DNA of 64,000 nt. Origin: an uncultured Chthonomonadaceae bacterium. GTDB taxonomy: Bacteria > Armatimonadota > Chthonomonadetes > Chthonomonadales > Chthonomonadaceae. The notes below the pieces were generated by a model. That model saw only the letters and a list, made by a program, of their open reading frames with translations. It did no database searches and had not been told where the DNA came from. The position numbers and the translations under genes were made by a program. Shown piece by piece: positions 9,414 through 24,403 of this stretch (its first letter is position 1; each line of letters opens with the position of its first letter). The stretch covers positions 32,001 through 96,000 of the forward strand of contig CAWIEK010000044.1 of the NCBI GenBank assembly GCA_963835065.1, read 5' to 3'.

Positions 9414-10433
9414 TTGACAACAAACTCCGATGCCGCCGCAGTCTCGACACTGCTGGCGCAGGCGACGCCCGATGCCGCCGCGCAACTGCGCGACCTGGCG
9501 GAAAACACTGCCGAGAAAGACACGCGCAAAGCCGCGCGCCGCGCCCTGTACCTGCTGTCGCAAAAGGGCATTACGCCTCCCGAAACGGCCTTGCAGCCTG
9601 CCACATCTGTTCCGGCTGCCAGAGCAAAGCCCTCACTGACCGCCTGGGCCAGCGCTTACGATGGGGCCGGGAACCGCGTGGTGTTCCTGACATGGCCCAA
9701 CAACGACGGCGGCTCTCCCACTTTTCTGCAATCCCTCCTCAACGATGAAGAAGGCGTCCGCGACATAGAAACGCGCCGGTTGCCGCGCCGCGAACTGGAC
9801 GAACGGCTTCAGGGCTTCCTGTCGCAACTGGAAGGCGGCATTGCGCTTGCCGAAATCACCCCGGATTACGGGCGGTTTCTGCTGCATCAGGCGCGAACTC
9901 TCAGCCAACAGCAGCGGCGCAGAACGCCCATCGGCTTTACGGACCTTCTCGCCATCATTGGCGAGCCGGAACAAAACTATGCGGATGCGCCCGTATGGGA
10001 GCGCGTCACGCCCGAAGAAGTCCGCGCCGATGTGGAACCCGCTTCCGCTTCCGACCTGTTCAAGCTGCCCTGGTTTGAAGCGTGGTTTCTGGATGTCAAC
10101 GACGTGGTTCCCTGGATGTCCGACATTTACGAAGTAATCGGTGACGCGAACAGTTCCGAAGAAGCGAAAAAGCAGGGATTGGAAACCGTTGCTAAAACCG
10201 CCGCAGGCGAGTTGTTTACCGCCGACGTGAAAGCGCGTTACGTTCGCCGCCTGGAAGAAACCGCCGGCGCGCTGCATCGGCGCGGGCGCGAAACCGAAGC
10301 GCGGCAGGCGCTGCGCCACGCGCTCGGCCTGCGCGACACCCCTTCCGCCGCCGACTCCGACTTTGCCGTGACACTAGTACAGCGCACGATGCAGGCGGCT
10401 ATTGAGATGATGCGCCAGAGAGTTGATAGTTGA
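9414..10433 (+). CDS. Hypothetical helical protein
   Basis: 339 aa ORF with genome-like codon usage, TTG start with GAGGA RBS, co-oriented after the kinase. Confidence 0.7.
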   Translation: MTTNSDAAAVSTLLAQATPDAAAQLRDLAENTAEKDTRKAARRALYLLSQKGITPPETALQPATSVPAARAKPSLTAWASAYDGAGNRVVFLTWPNNDGGSPTFLQSLLNDEEGVRDIETRRLPRRELDERLQGFLSQLEGGIALAEITPDYGRFLLHQARTLSQQQRRRTPIGFTDLLAIIGEPEQNYADAPVWERVTPEEVRADVEPASASDLFKLPWFEAWFLDVNDVVPWMSDIYEVIGDANSSEEAKKQGLETVAKTAAGELFTADVKARYVRRLEETAGALHRRGRETEARQALRHALGLRDTPSAADSDFAVTLVQRTMQAAIEMMRQRVDS

Positions 10434-10539
10434 TAGTTGATAGGCTTCCGGTTTCATGGTTCGCTTGTTCCAGTTACGCTGTTCAGGCAAAGTTCGCTTC
10501 TTCAGGAGGGCATTTACTATCAACTATCAACTATCAACT
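10421..10539. repeat. Inverted heptamer tandem repeat pair (AGTTGAT)3 / (CTATCAA)3
   Basis: 23-bp perfect inverted repeat, 10421-10443 against 10517-10539. Confidence 0.9.
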
Positions 10540-10566
10540 CACCCAACAAGGAGAACCGGCTTTACC

Positions 10567-11352
10567 GTGAGTGATCCGTTGATTTCGATTGATACCGGGC
10601 AGAAAAATCCGTATTTGCTGCAAGTGACGCGCCATGATGTGCCGATGCGCGGGCTGTCTGCGTCCTTATACGGCAAGGTCGTCGTGCATCTGAGCGATCT
10701 GCACGGCGGGTTCGGCAACACGCGGGCGGTGCATGAAGAGGCCGTGCGGCAGGTACATGCCATCAAGCCCGACCTGATTTTGCTGACGGGCGATTATATT
10801 GACAGCAAAGTTCTCGGCAAAGATTATCCCATTCAGGAGATGCTGTGCCAACTGCGCGCCCCACTCGGCGTGTTCGGCTCCCTGGGCAACCATGACCACC
10901 GGCGCGGGCCTGTCGGAACGCGCCGGAAATTGGAACATTCGGGCGTACAGCTGCTTGTAAATGAAAATACGCCGATTGAAGGCGGGCTGCACATCGCGGG
11001 CATTGATGATCTGTTCGAGGGCAAGCCCAATATCGCGGCCACCATGCGCGGCCTGCCTCCCGACGCTACCAGTATCGTGCTTTCCCACAACCCCCGATTG
11101 ATTGAAAAAGCCGGCAAGTACGACGTGCTAATTCTATCCGGGCATACGCATGGTGGACAGATCGCGCTTCCCCTTCCGAATCCCAAAATGATTTGTATGC
11201 TGCATCTGCGCTGCCCCCAGGTGGCCGGATGGTACAAAAAGGGCAAAGCGCGTTTGTACGTCAATCGCGGCCTGGGCGTCACCGGCAAACCCTACCGCTA
11301 CCGCTGCCCCGCCGAAATCAGCGTGTTCCGCCTCGTGCCGGAGGGGGAATAG
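10567..11352 (+). CDS. Calcineurin-like metallophosphoesterase (YkuE-like)
   Basis: SDLH, TGDY, LGNHD, LSHNP, SGHTHGGQ, NRGLG; probable GTG start at 10567. Confidence 0.9.
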   Translation: MSDPLISIDTGQKNPYLLQVTRHDVPMRGLSASLYGKVVVHLSDLHGGFGNTRAVHEEAVRQVHAIKPDLILLTGDYIDSKVLGKDYPIQEMLCQLRAPLGVFGSLGNHDHRRGPVGTRRKLEHSGVQLLVNENTPIEGGLHIAGIDDLFEGKPNIAATMRGLPPDATSIVLSHNPRLIEKAGKYDVLILSGHTHGGQIALPLPNPKMICMLHLRCPQVAGWYKKGKARLYVNRGLGVTGKPYRYRCPAEISVFRLVPEGE

Positions 11353-11544
11353 AAAAGCAGTGACTTCGCGGCATGTTGTCTATTCTTTCTGCTCTTTCTT
11401 CCGGCAGTTTGGCGGCGAGAGTCTCCTTCTTCCCTCCAGTTGTGTCATACTCTTAACCATGTATGAAATGACTCAAGTATGAAACGGCTAAAGTCCAGAT
11501 GCCTAATGCCTTCATCCTTCATCCTTCATCCTTTGGAGTGCCCT

Positions 11545-12486
11545 ATGCGTCCCGTGGACTTATCGCAAGTGCGAACCATCCCGCTGCAAACGCGCCAAAA
11601 TAAAGTGGCGCGGGAGCGGTTTGCGCGGCCTGCCGCGCCGGGGCGTTCGTTTGCGGAGTTTCTGGATGCGCTGCCCAACATTTTGGCGGGGGAACAGTTT
11701 CGCGTTGTCGTAGATCGCATTGTGGCCGCGCGCAAGCGGGAGCGTCCCGTGATTGTCAGCATCGGCGGGCATGTCGTGAAATGCGGATTGGGACCATTAC
11801 TCATAGACCTGATGCGGCGCGGCATCATCACCACGCTTGCCATGAACGGGTCGGGAGCCATTCACGATTTTGAACTCGCGCTTTTGGGCGAAACCTCGGA
11901 AGATGTGGCGGCGGGGCTGGAAAACGGCACGTTCGGCATGGTGCGCGAAACGGGCGAACAAATGAATCGGGCCATCAATCGCGTACTAAGTGATAGGGAT
12001 GCGGGCATGGGGCGGCTGTTGGGCAAGGAACTGCTGGCAACGGATGCGCCGTGCCGCGAAGTGAGCCTGCTGGCGGCGGCTTGTGAATTGAATATCCCGG
12101 CGACCGTTCACGTCGCGCTGGGAACCGATATTATTCACATGCACCCGTCCGCCAATGGAGCGGCAACCGGGCAGGCGTCGTTCAACGATTTTCGGCTGTT
12201 CACGGGCGCGATACAGGAATTGAGCGGCGGCGTGTACCTCAACATCGGTTCCGCCGTGATTATGCCGGAAGTGTTTCTCAAGGCGTTCACCATTGCGCAA
12301 AATCTGGGCGCGCATTTGCAGGACTTTTGCACCGTCAACATGGACATGACTCCGCATTACCGCCCCGCTGAAAACATCGTGCGCCGCCCGCCCGCTGTCG
12401 GCGGCGAAGGCTATATGCTGATCGGGCGGCACGAAATTATGGTTCCCCTGCTGGCTCACGCCGTCGTTGAAGCCTTATCAATTTAA
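11545..12486 (+). CDS. Deoxyhypusine-synthase-like conserved protein
   Basis: GGHVVKCG, NGSGAIHDFE, GTDIIHMHP, GSAVIMPEVFLKA; GGAG RBS before ATG 11545. Confidence 0.65.
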   Translation: MRPVDLSQVRTIPLQTRQNKVARERFARPAAPGRSFAEFLDALPNILAGEQFRVVVDRIVAARKRERPVIVSIGGHVVKCGLGPLLIDLMRRGIITTLAMNGSGAIHDFELALLGETSEDVAAGLENGTFGMVRETGEQMNRAINRVLSDRDAGMGRLLGKELLATDAPCREVSLLAAACELNIPATVHVALGTDIIHMHPSANGAATGQASFNDFRLFTGAIQELSGGVYLNIGSAVIMPEVFLKAFTIAQNLGAHLQDFCTVNMDMTPHYRPAENIVRRPPAVGGEGYMLIGRHEIMVPLLAHAVVEALSI

Positions 12487-12489
12487 ATT

Positions 12490-13761
12490 ATGCGACTTCT
12501 CTTTTTGACAACCTATTATCGTCCTGAAAGCGCGACCAATGCCATTTTGATTACCCTGCTGGCGGAAGAATTGGCCCGTAAAGGCCACCAGGTCACCGTT
12601 GTGACGGGTATGCCGCATTATGACAACAACAAAGTGGAAGCCAAGTACCGGGGCAAATTGTGGATGCGGGAGCGGCAGAACAATGTAGATATACGCCGCG
12701 TGTATCTATATGTGCCGGAAAACAAAAGCCGCTTAATGGGACGATTGCTGAACTATATTTCTTTCAACATCACGTCTGCCCTTGCCATTCTGCTGACGCC
12801 GCGCCATGACGTGCTGTTTGCGCCCTCGCCCCCGCTCACGAATGGCATGACCGCGTGGTTCACGAGTTGGCTGAAGCGGATGCCGTTCGTATACAACGTG
12901 CAGGACATTTACCCCGATGTGGCCGTCCGGTTGGGCGTCCTGAAAAACCCGCGCCTGATCCGCCTGTTTTCCCGCATGGAACTCTTTGTATACCGCAAAG
13001 CCGCCGCCGTGAGCGTGATTTCCGACTGCTTTCAGCGCAACCTCGCGGCCAAACAGGTTCCCGCGTCCAAATTGAAGGTAATCTCGAATTTCGTGGACGT
13101 GGACTTTGTGTATCCGCATCCGCGCCGCAACGCCTTCAGCCACGAACACAATCTGGACGACAAGTTCGTGGTCGTCTTCGCGGGCAATGTCGGGCTATCG
13201 CAGGGATTGGAAACGGTTTTGCTGGCGGCGCAAAAGCTGGTCGTCATGCCGAAAATCCATTTTCTCATCGTGGGCAACGGCGCGTCGAAAAGCGAATTGA
13301 TGCGGCAGGCCGAAGAGATGGGGCTGAACAACCTGACATTTTTGCCGCTCCAGCCGTATGAGCGCGTCCCGGAACTGTATTCCGCAGGCGATGTGTGCCT
13401 GATTCCACTGAAACGTGGCCTGACGGAAGACTCGGTTCCCAGCAAACTGTGGACAATCATGGGCGTAGCGCGTCCGGTTGTGGCGACGGTAGACAAGGCA
13501 AGCGACACGTACAAAGTGATTCAGGAAGCGGGCTGTGGCCTGTGCGCGGAAGCGGAAGACGCGGACGGCATGGCGGCGGCGATTGCCCGCCTGTACAACG
13601 ACTGCGAACTGGCGGCGAACATGGGCAAGCAGGGCCGAGCTTATGTCGAACAATTCTACACGCATGAGCGCGTTTCGGAACAGTACGAGCAGCTATTCGC
13701 CGCTTTAATCGCCGCGTCCGAACGTCCCAAAAACTTTGCCGACGCAAAACGCACGGAGTAA
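12490..13761 (+). CDS. GT4 family glycosyltransferase (WbuB-like)
   Basis: YYRPE...GHQVTVVTGMPHY, SPP, QDIYPD, AGNVGLSQGLE, VPSKL. Confidence 0.9.
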   Translation: MRLLFLTTYYRPESATNAILITLLAEELARKGHQVTVVTGMPHYDNNKVEAKYRGKLWMRERQNNVDIRRVYLYVPENKSRLMGRLLNYISFNITSALAILLTPRHDVLFAPSPPLTNGMTAWFTSWLKRMPFVYNVQDIYPDVAVRLGVLKNPRLIRLFSRMELFVYRKAAAVSVISDCFQRNLAAKQVPASKLKVISNFVDVDFVYPHPRRNAFSHEHNLDDKFVVVFAGNVGLSQGLETVLLAAQKLVVMPKIHFLIVGNGASKSELMRQAEEMGLNNLTFLPLQPYERVPELYSAGDVCLIPLKRGLTEDSVPSKLWTIMGVARPVVATVDKASDTYKVIQEAGCGLCAEAEDADGMAAAIARLYNDCELAANMGKQGRAYVEQFYTHERVSEQYEQLFAALIAASERPKNFADAKRTE

Positions 13762-14378
13762 TCGTTTTGTACGGCGTATTGGAGCAAGTACCGCGTACTG
13801 CCGCGTGTAACCGGTATATACCATTTAAATCTCTCTAAAGATAGAAAAAAGAGCCGGACAGCGCGAAAAATGCGAACCCTTTGCCCCCCACATCCGTCTA
13901 AACAGTAGAACAATGTCTGCGATATAGACGTTCTACCCACAGGAAGGCGGAACGTTCGCAGTTCCTATCAACCTAAAACCCTAAAACCCTAAAACCTAAC
14001 CCAGAAGGGAGGTGCCAGTCCTATGTTTCACCCCTCCCGTTCGCCTTGACGCTTCTGGAGGTCACGACGCCTCTCTCCTACAACCAGACACAACGAGACA
14101 TCGGGCTGGAAGCGCTGTATTGCCAAGATTTCGACGATCTCTCTACATACCCTTTTTTCCACCTACCCGTTTCTCAATGTTTCCCATTGGCAACAGTCAG
14201 GCTTCCCGCTGATTCGGGAACTTATAGATTTACGTATACTAATACTGTACGTTTTTGTTCCGATGATTATCAGACCCCACAAAAGCCCGTCACGGTTTGA
14301 GTAGTTCTGAAATAAGAATTCCGGTGGAGCGCATGGCTCTACCGGAATTCTTTGATTATGGCTTTTTCATCAGGGATG

Positions 14379-15228
14379 TCAGGCGGGCGTTTTGTCGCCC
14401 TCTTCCTGATAATCGTTCTGGTATTTCTTCTGGTAGCCTGCCTGATAATCTTCCCGGTACTCCGGCGCAGGCTCTTCATGGCGCGTGGCATGTTCCCGAT
14501 GCGTAAAGCCATCGGCGGACGCTTCGACATGCGCTGCGATTTGCGCTGTTGAAGCGCGGCCCAACATTCGGCGCAGCAGCGACAGCAAAACCGCGTAACC
14601 GGTTTTACACAGAACGGTCATATCGAGCCGGAAGCAGCGCTGCATCACATAATCCACGTCCATGCGGCACTTGATGGGCAGCAAATTCTGGATGTAGTAT
14701 TCTTCGCGGTTTTCCAGTCCGCGCAGCATGTTTTCTTCTTCGCGGAATTTCAGCTGTGTCGGGCCGGTAATGCCGGGGCGGACGGTGAGGATGATGGCGC
14801 GTTGATCGGCGGGAAACGCTTCCACAAAGCGCGGAACTTGGGGGCGCGGGCCGACCAGACTCATTTCGCCAATCACGACATTCCACAATTGGGGCAGTTC
14901 GTCCACCTTACAACCGCGCAGGAACCGGCCTACCCTGGTCACGCGCACATCGTCGGCAGCGGTAATGAGCGGGCCGCACTGGTCGGCGTCGTCGGTCATG
15001 GTGCGGAATTTCCAGACCCAAAAGGGACGGCCATAGCGCCCCACGCGAATCTGTTTGTAAATGACCGGTCCGCGCGACGTGCAGCGAACCGCAACCGCCG
15101 CGAAAAGCAGGCAGGGGGAAAATAGCGTCAGCAGGACCGCGCCGGCGGCCACGTCGAAGCTCCGTTTAGTGAACTCGTACATCAGTTTGGATGAGGAATT
15201 AAATCGCACTGTTGAAAAAGTTTCATCC
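14379..15228 (-). CDS. Bacterial sugar transferase (polyprenyl glycosylphosphotransferase)
   Basis: KRSFDV, KFRTM, DELPQLWNV, MSLVGPRP, RPGITG; start codon uncertain. Confidence 0.9.
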
Positions 15229-15733
15229 ATGCGCGGATTGTGCCTTTCCACAGGGTTTGCGTCGCAGCCGATTATTCCCATATTTTCCTTTCGATCTTAG
15301 CTGTGATCTGCGAAAGGGATCAGGCGGCATGGCTCGCGCATCGCGCAAGCAATGGGGGGAACGCCCCTGCTCCACAAAACATCGTTCATCTCGAAACAGG
15401 ACGCAGCGGAAAGTTTACGGCCAGCGAGACTTTAGTTTTTTCGGGACTTTGTTGTGTCCTACAAGCAATGCTTTGAAGCCCGCTTCCTGCAACAGAAGTT
15501 CAAGTCATAGACGACTCACTTTCCGTAAAGGTACGTGTTGTTGCAGCGAAAGTTGCCTGTTCTTTGCGCCGGGCATGACAAAGCACTCTAATCATACCAG
15601 AATTCTGCGGGGTTTGGAGCAAACCGGCAAACTTTCCGCAATAAAACATAAAAACGCTTTTGCAAAGAACTGAATTGACTTTGCAAAAGCGTTGGATTAG
15701 CGGCTTCGCGCCCATGCGAAGCCCGAATGTGTA

Positions 15734-15807
15734 TCGGGGTGACAGGATTCGAACCTGCGACCTCAGCGTCCCGAACGCTGCGCTCTACCAAGCTGAGCCA
15801 CACCCCG
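15734..15807 (-). tRNA. tRNA-Pro (CGG), CCA not encoded
   Basis: Reverse complement CGGGGTGTGGCTCAGCTTGGTAGAGCGCAGCGTTCGGGACGCTGAGGTCGCAGGTTCGAATCCTGTCACCCCGA folds as a cloverleaf with anticodon CGG. Confidence 0.97.
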
Positions 15808-15858
15808 GTGTCCGTTCCGCGTCACGGGGAAACTCTCCCGCAACACGAAACCAATACT

Positions 15859-15887
15859 AGTATAGCACAAGGGCGTAGTTTCGTCAA
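15859..15887 (-). promoter_or_regulatory. Sigma70-like promoter of tRNA-Pro
   Basis: TTGACG-17 nt-TATACT with TG extension on the minus strand. Confidence 0.65.
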
Positions 15888-15987
15888 GGACAGACCTGTA
15901 CAGTGCTGCGGCTTCGATCTATTTTACCGGTCTCTGCCCGCGCAGGCTTGAAAGGGATTTTGAAGCGACATTTGAATCAACAACGGA

Positions 15988-16016
15988 TTGACCGCTACAG
16001 GATTGTAGGCTATACT
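15988..16016 (+). promoter_or_regulatory. Sigma70-like promoter of the STAND-WD40 gene
   Basis: TTGACC-17 nt-TATACT. Confidence 0.6.
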
Positions 16017-16065
16017 GTCAGACAACAAACCTTTGTTATGAATCGTGTGAGATAAGGATGCACGG

Positions 16066-19932
<3,867 letters not shown>

Positions 19933-20041
19933 ATAATACCATCTCTGAAACCAGTTCATAACATAATCTTAATCTCTTCTTAATAGGATGTTAAACTTGC
20001 TCTGTTATTATGAAAATCCCTCACTCTTCGCTCTGCTAGGC

Positions 20042-20162
20042 GTTGAAAACGCCTGGCTCGGTGGCGTTCCGCCAGGCGTCCTACGGACGCAATACGTTGT
20101 TGTACAAAGGTTCGCGTCCGTAGGACGCTTGGCCGCAGGCCATACAGACGGTGGTTTTCAAC
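20042..20162. repeat. REP/REPIN-like nested palindromic element
   Basis: 20-bp inverted repeat, 20071-20090 against 20114-20133 (one mismatch), inside outer GTTGAAAAC...GTTTTCAAC arms. Confidence 0.7.
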
Positions 20163-20225
20163 CACTGGCTAAAGGTGTCCGGTTATGAACAACGCCTGGC
20201 ACACTGCTGAAGGCAAGGAAAACAA

Positions 20226-22860
20226 ATGTCAAATCAACGAGTGGTTCGTAATCTTGGTTTGCTGCTGCCTTTAGGCGCGGCGTTGCTTTATGGCGGGCTG
20301 CGATTGAGCGCGCGGCCTGCGCAGAAAACGTCCGACAAGGCCATTATCGGCAAACAGGCGGATGGAACCTACTTCGTTCCCACCGGGCAAACGCTTGCTC
20401 CCGCAGGGCGCAACCTCACGTTCGAGGGCCGGCCCGTTGATATGGCGCTGCGCCCCGACGGGAAAATCCTGGCCGTAATGCTGGCGCGCGAAGTGCGTCT
20501 GCTGGATACCGCTACCGGACAGTTTCAAACGCCCACGCTTCCCGGAACCCATAACTTCGGCGGCATTGCCTGGTCGGGCGATGGACACACGCTGTATACG
20601 ACGGGCAAGGCAACAGTGGGGAACGACGACGCGCAGGCAGGCATGGGCGTTGTTTTTGTCACGCGCTTCGATGACGCGGGCCACGCCACGCCGCAAAAGC
20701 CGATTGCTTTCGCGCTTCAATCGCGTATTCAGCCCAATCTTCAAGCCAAAGACGCCGAGCCGTGCGGACTCGCCCTCAGCCCGGACGGCAAAACGCTTTA
20801 CGTCACCCTGTTCAACAACGGCACTCTGGCGGCTGTTGACTTGGCCTCCTACAGCCCGGAAACGGGAGCCGCCAAATTCGTGGAAACGCCGGTGGGCAGT
20901 TCACCGGAACGGGTGGTCGTCAGCGCGGACGGCGCGAAAATCTATGTCGCCAACCGGGGCGGCAAAACGCCGGAAGCGGGCGACACGAAAGACTTTGCCG
21001 ACCCCGTTGCGGTGGACCCCGAAACCTACAAAGTGGCGACGGGAACCCTGTCCGTCGTAAGCGCCAGTCAGATGGCGACGGATGCCGCCCATGCCGTTAC
21101 CAAAACCATCAACGTCGGCTTGCAGCCCGCCGATTTGCTGCTGTCCCGTGACGGCAAGCGTTTGTTCACGGCCAATGCGAATGCGGAAACCGTTTCGGTT
21201 ATCAGCGTCGAAACCGACAGCGTTGTGGAAACCATTCCCACCAGTCCCGCGCCCGGACGCCTTGCCGCCGGCAGTCCCAACGGACTTGCCCAATCGCCGG
21301 ATGGACAAACGCTGTACGTATCACTCGGCGGCGACAACGCCCTCGAAGTGGTCGCGCTGGATGCCCGTGCGGGCGGCAATGCGCCCGCAAACCGCTATTG
21401 CGGGCCTGATTCCAACCGCCTGGTTCCCGCTCGGCGTGACATTGGGCGCGGACGGCAAAACGCTGTATGTTGCCAACAGCAAAGGCATCGGCTCTCTGGG
21501 GGCAACAGTAACCCGCGCGCGTACCACGCCCGGAGCCGCCACGCCGGAAATGGGGCCGGGCGGAACGGTTGAAGGCGGCAATTTCGTGGGGCATAGCGTG
21601 TACGCGGTGGTAGGCAGCCTGGGCATCGTGGAAACGCCGGACACGAAATCGCTGGCGCAGTATACCGCGCAGGTGGCGCGAAACAACCACTTTGACCGCA
21701 TGGACGCCGCGCTCAAGCAAAAGCCCGATCCGTTCTGGTCGCGCTTCAAGCATGTTGTTCTGGTTATCAAGGAAAACCGCACCTACGATCAGGTGTTCGG
21801 TGACGTAGCCGTTCCGAGTGGGCATATCGGCGGCGATCCGCATCTGGTGATGTTCGGCGCAAAGGTCACGCCCAATCACCATGCCCTTGCCCGCGAGTTC
21901 GGCCTGTTCGACAACCTGTATTGTTCGGGGGCCATCAGCGCGGACGGACACCACTGGCTCAACGAGGCGTTTGCAAGCGATTATGCCGAACGCGCCATGA
22001 ACCTTTATCCCCGCTCTTATCCCTGCTGCGGAACCGACCCGCTTGTCTACGCGGGCAACCCGTTCCTCTGGCAGGCGGCGATGCAGGCGGGGCGCACGTT
22101 CTACAATTACGGCGAGTTCGCGCCCCTGCCGAGCATTCAGCGCCACTCCGACAACCAGTACAACGCCAAATACGAAGTGACGGCGGACCGCAATGAAGAT
22201 GTTGCCCACTGCGAACGCATCCTGGCGGATATTGCAAATGAGAGCAAGCCCCTGGCGCAATTGACGACCATCTGGTTCCCCAACGATCACACGTCGGGAA
22301 CGCGGCCCGGAAGCTACACGCCCGAAGCCGATGTTGCCGACAACGATCTGGCGGTTGGCAAACTGGTGGAGGCCATCACGCACAGCAAAAAATACTGGCA
22401 GGACGAGCCAACGGTGATTTTTGTCGTGGAAGACGACGCGCAGGGCGGATTAGATCATGTGGAAGGGCATCGTACCGTAGGACTGGTTATCAGCCCGTTC
22501 AATCGGCGCAATCAAATCGTCAGCACAAACTTCAACCAGTTGAATATGCTGAGAACAATAGAGTTGATCCTCGACATGAAGCCGCTCAACCAATTCGATG
22601 CCGCCGCCCTGCCGATGCGCGGTATTTTTACGGACAAAGGCGATTTTCAGCCGTACACGGCGCGCAAGAACGAAATCGCGCTGAACCTGAAAAATCCGCC
22701 CTTGAAGCGCCTGTCGGGAACCGCCCGCCACTGGGCCGCTCTGTGCGCCGAACTGGACTTTTCCGAGCCGGACCGCGCCGACCCGGAAACTCTAACTGAA
22801 GCCCTGTGGCATCACGCGCATGGCGACGAAGCCTATCCGCCGCCCACCGCCGCGCGCTAA
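20226..22860 (+). CDS. Secreted YVTN/YncE beta-propeller plus phosphoesterase (alkaline phosphatase-like); split by a one-base frameshift near 21385
   Basis: Propeller repeats (LSPDGKTLYV) continue across frames; IKENRTYDQ, SADGH, PNDHT, EDDAQ..DHV..HR in the second frame; removing one C gives an 877 aa ORF. Confidence 0.85.
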
Positions 22861-22890
22861 TCAATATTTGATTTATTGAAGGGATCAACT

Positions 22891-23865
22891 ATGTTCTTAT
22901 TTCGTAAGGCAACGCTGCTGACTGCTGTTTTGCTCGGCCTGGCTGCCGTTCCCGCGCTTGCCGCGCCGCCGCTCACGGCGCAGACGCCCATCGTGATTCC
23001 GGGCGGTCCCGGAGGGTTCGACTGGATGCGGGTGGATGCGCCCTCCCATCGCGTTTTCGCCACGCACAAAGGCACGAAAACCGTCGCCATCGTTGACCTG
23101 AAAACCGAGAAGGCTCTTGCGTCCGTAACCGTAGGCACAGCGCAGGGCGTGGCGTTTGACCCGAAGGACAACAAAATCTTTTTGGGTGACGACGTGGAGC
23201 ATAAAATCGTCATCCTCAATTACGCGACGCTCAAGCCCACCGGGGAAATCGCCGTGACGGGTCCTGTAGACGATATTTGCTACTGCCCCAAAAACGGCCT
23301 GATTTACGCCGACCACGATGACGGCGAGGATGTATGGGTGATTGACCCGAAAACCGAGAAGATCGTTGGAACCGTTACCATCCCCACCGCCCCGGAAAAA
23401 ATCGAGTACGACAAGGCGAGCGACCGCTTGTACCAGAATATCAAGAGCAACAGCACGGTGCAGGTGATTGACCCGGCAACAAACAAGGTGGAGAAAACGT
23501 TTGACACCGCGCCTGCAACCGGCCCGCACGGACTTGCCCTTGACAGCAAAACGCAGCGGCTCTTTGCGGCAGGCAGCAACGGCAAACTGGTCGTGATTGA
23601 CCTGAAAAGCGGCAAGGTGATTGCAACGGTTGATATTGGCAAAGGCGTGGATCAAATCGCCTTCGACCCCGGCAACAAGCGCATTTACTGCGCCTGTCAG
23701 GGCGTGATTTCCGTTGCGGAGGAAACGGCAGGCGGCGCGAAACTGATGGGCAGCGTCCCGACTCCGAAGGGAGCGCACACAATCACGGTAGACGAAAAGA
23801 CTCATGCGGTCTGGACGTGCTACGCCGACGCGCATGACAGCTATCTGTTGAAACTCTTACCTTAG
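22891..23865 (+). CDS. Secreted YncE-family beta-propeller protein
   Basis: Signal peptide (LLTAVLLGLAAVPALA); repeated VIDPKT/AFDP blades. Confidence 0.85.
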   Translation: MFLFRKATLLTAVLLGLAAVPALAAPPLTAQTPIVIPGGPGGFDWMRVDAPSHRVFATHKGTKTVAIVDLKTEKALASVTVGTAQGVAFDPKDNKIFLGDDVEHKIVILNYATLKPTGEIAVTGPVDDICYCPKNGLIYADHDDGEDVWVIDPKTEKIVGTVTIPTAPEKIEYDKASDRLYQNIKSNSTVQVIDPATNKVEKTFDTAPATGPHGLALDSKTQRLFAAGSNGKLVVIDLKSGKVIATVDIGKGVDQIAFDPGNKRIYCACQGVISVAEETAGGAKLMGSVPTPKGAHTITVDEKTHAVWTCYADAHDSYLLKLLP

Positions 23866-23934
23866 ATATTGCAAGGAGTTGCAAAAGTTTAACCCGCCTT
23901 ATGCAAAAAAAGTGACATTATTTTGTTGTGTATC

Positions 23935-23963
23935 TTGACGCATGGTATAACGCATGGTATACT
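23935..23963 (+). promoter_or_regulatory. Sigma70-like promoter upstream of the tail operon, with overlapping 11-bp direct repeats
   Basis: TTGACG-17 nt-TATACT with TG extension; CGCATGGTATA at 23939 and 23951. Confidence 0.6.
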
Positions 23964-24403
23964 AAACTGTCAGGAATACTTGGTTCTCCGCTTTCCTCGC
24001 CAATTTTCCCCTGATTTATGACCTCTATCGCATTTTTGCAGCATACTTTGCGCAAAGATTGTGTTTGCAGCCGTTTTCGCAGCGATATTTTTGGCGGACG
24101 CCCGGCCATATTATTTATGGCGCTTTCGCCTTTTGCACTAATCAGCTCTACCCGAAATCAGCTCGATTCGATATTTGACCTGTCAGATATTTGTTGTGCC
24201 GGATATTTGCTCCACCCTGAATTAGTCCGCTTGTAATCAGCTCCACCCGCATCCAATTTAACAATCCAATAGCGTCCGTTTTCTGGTTGCCTGGTATTTA
24301 TTTATCCGGCACTCATTTGGTCACGCGGCGGCTGCCATCGTCGGCATACCGTCCATTGAGGGCAGCGTTCGACCGCCAAACGAAGCGCAGCAAAGGGGAA
24401 ATC

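Noticed and set aside
14352..14552. Small hydrophobic membrane protein
   Set aside because: Antisense to the YQxx-repeat tail of the sugar transferase, which explains the hydrophobicity; cannot be fully excluded
15734..15807. tRNA-Pro as the integration site of the island
   Set aside because: No adjacent integrase and no duplicated tRNA 3' end noticed in the window
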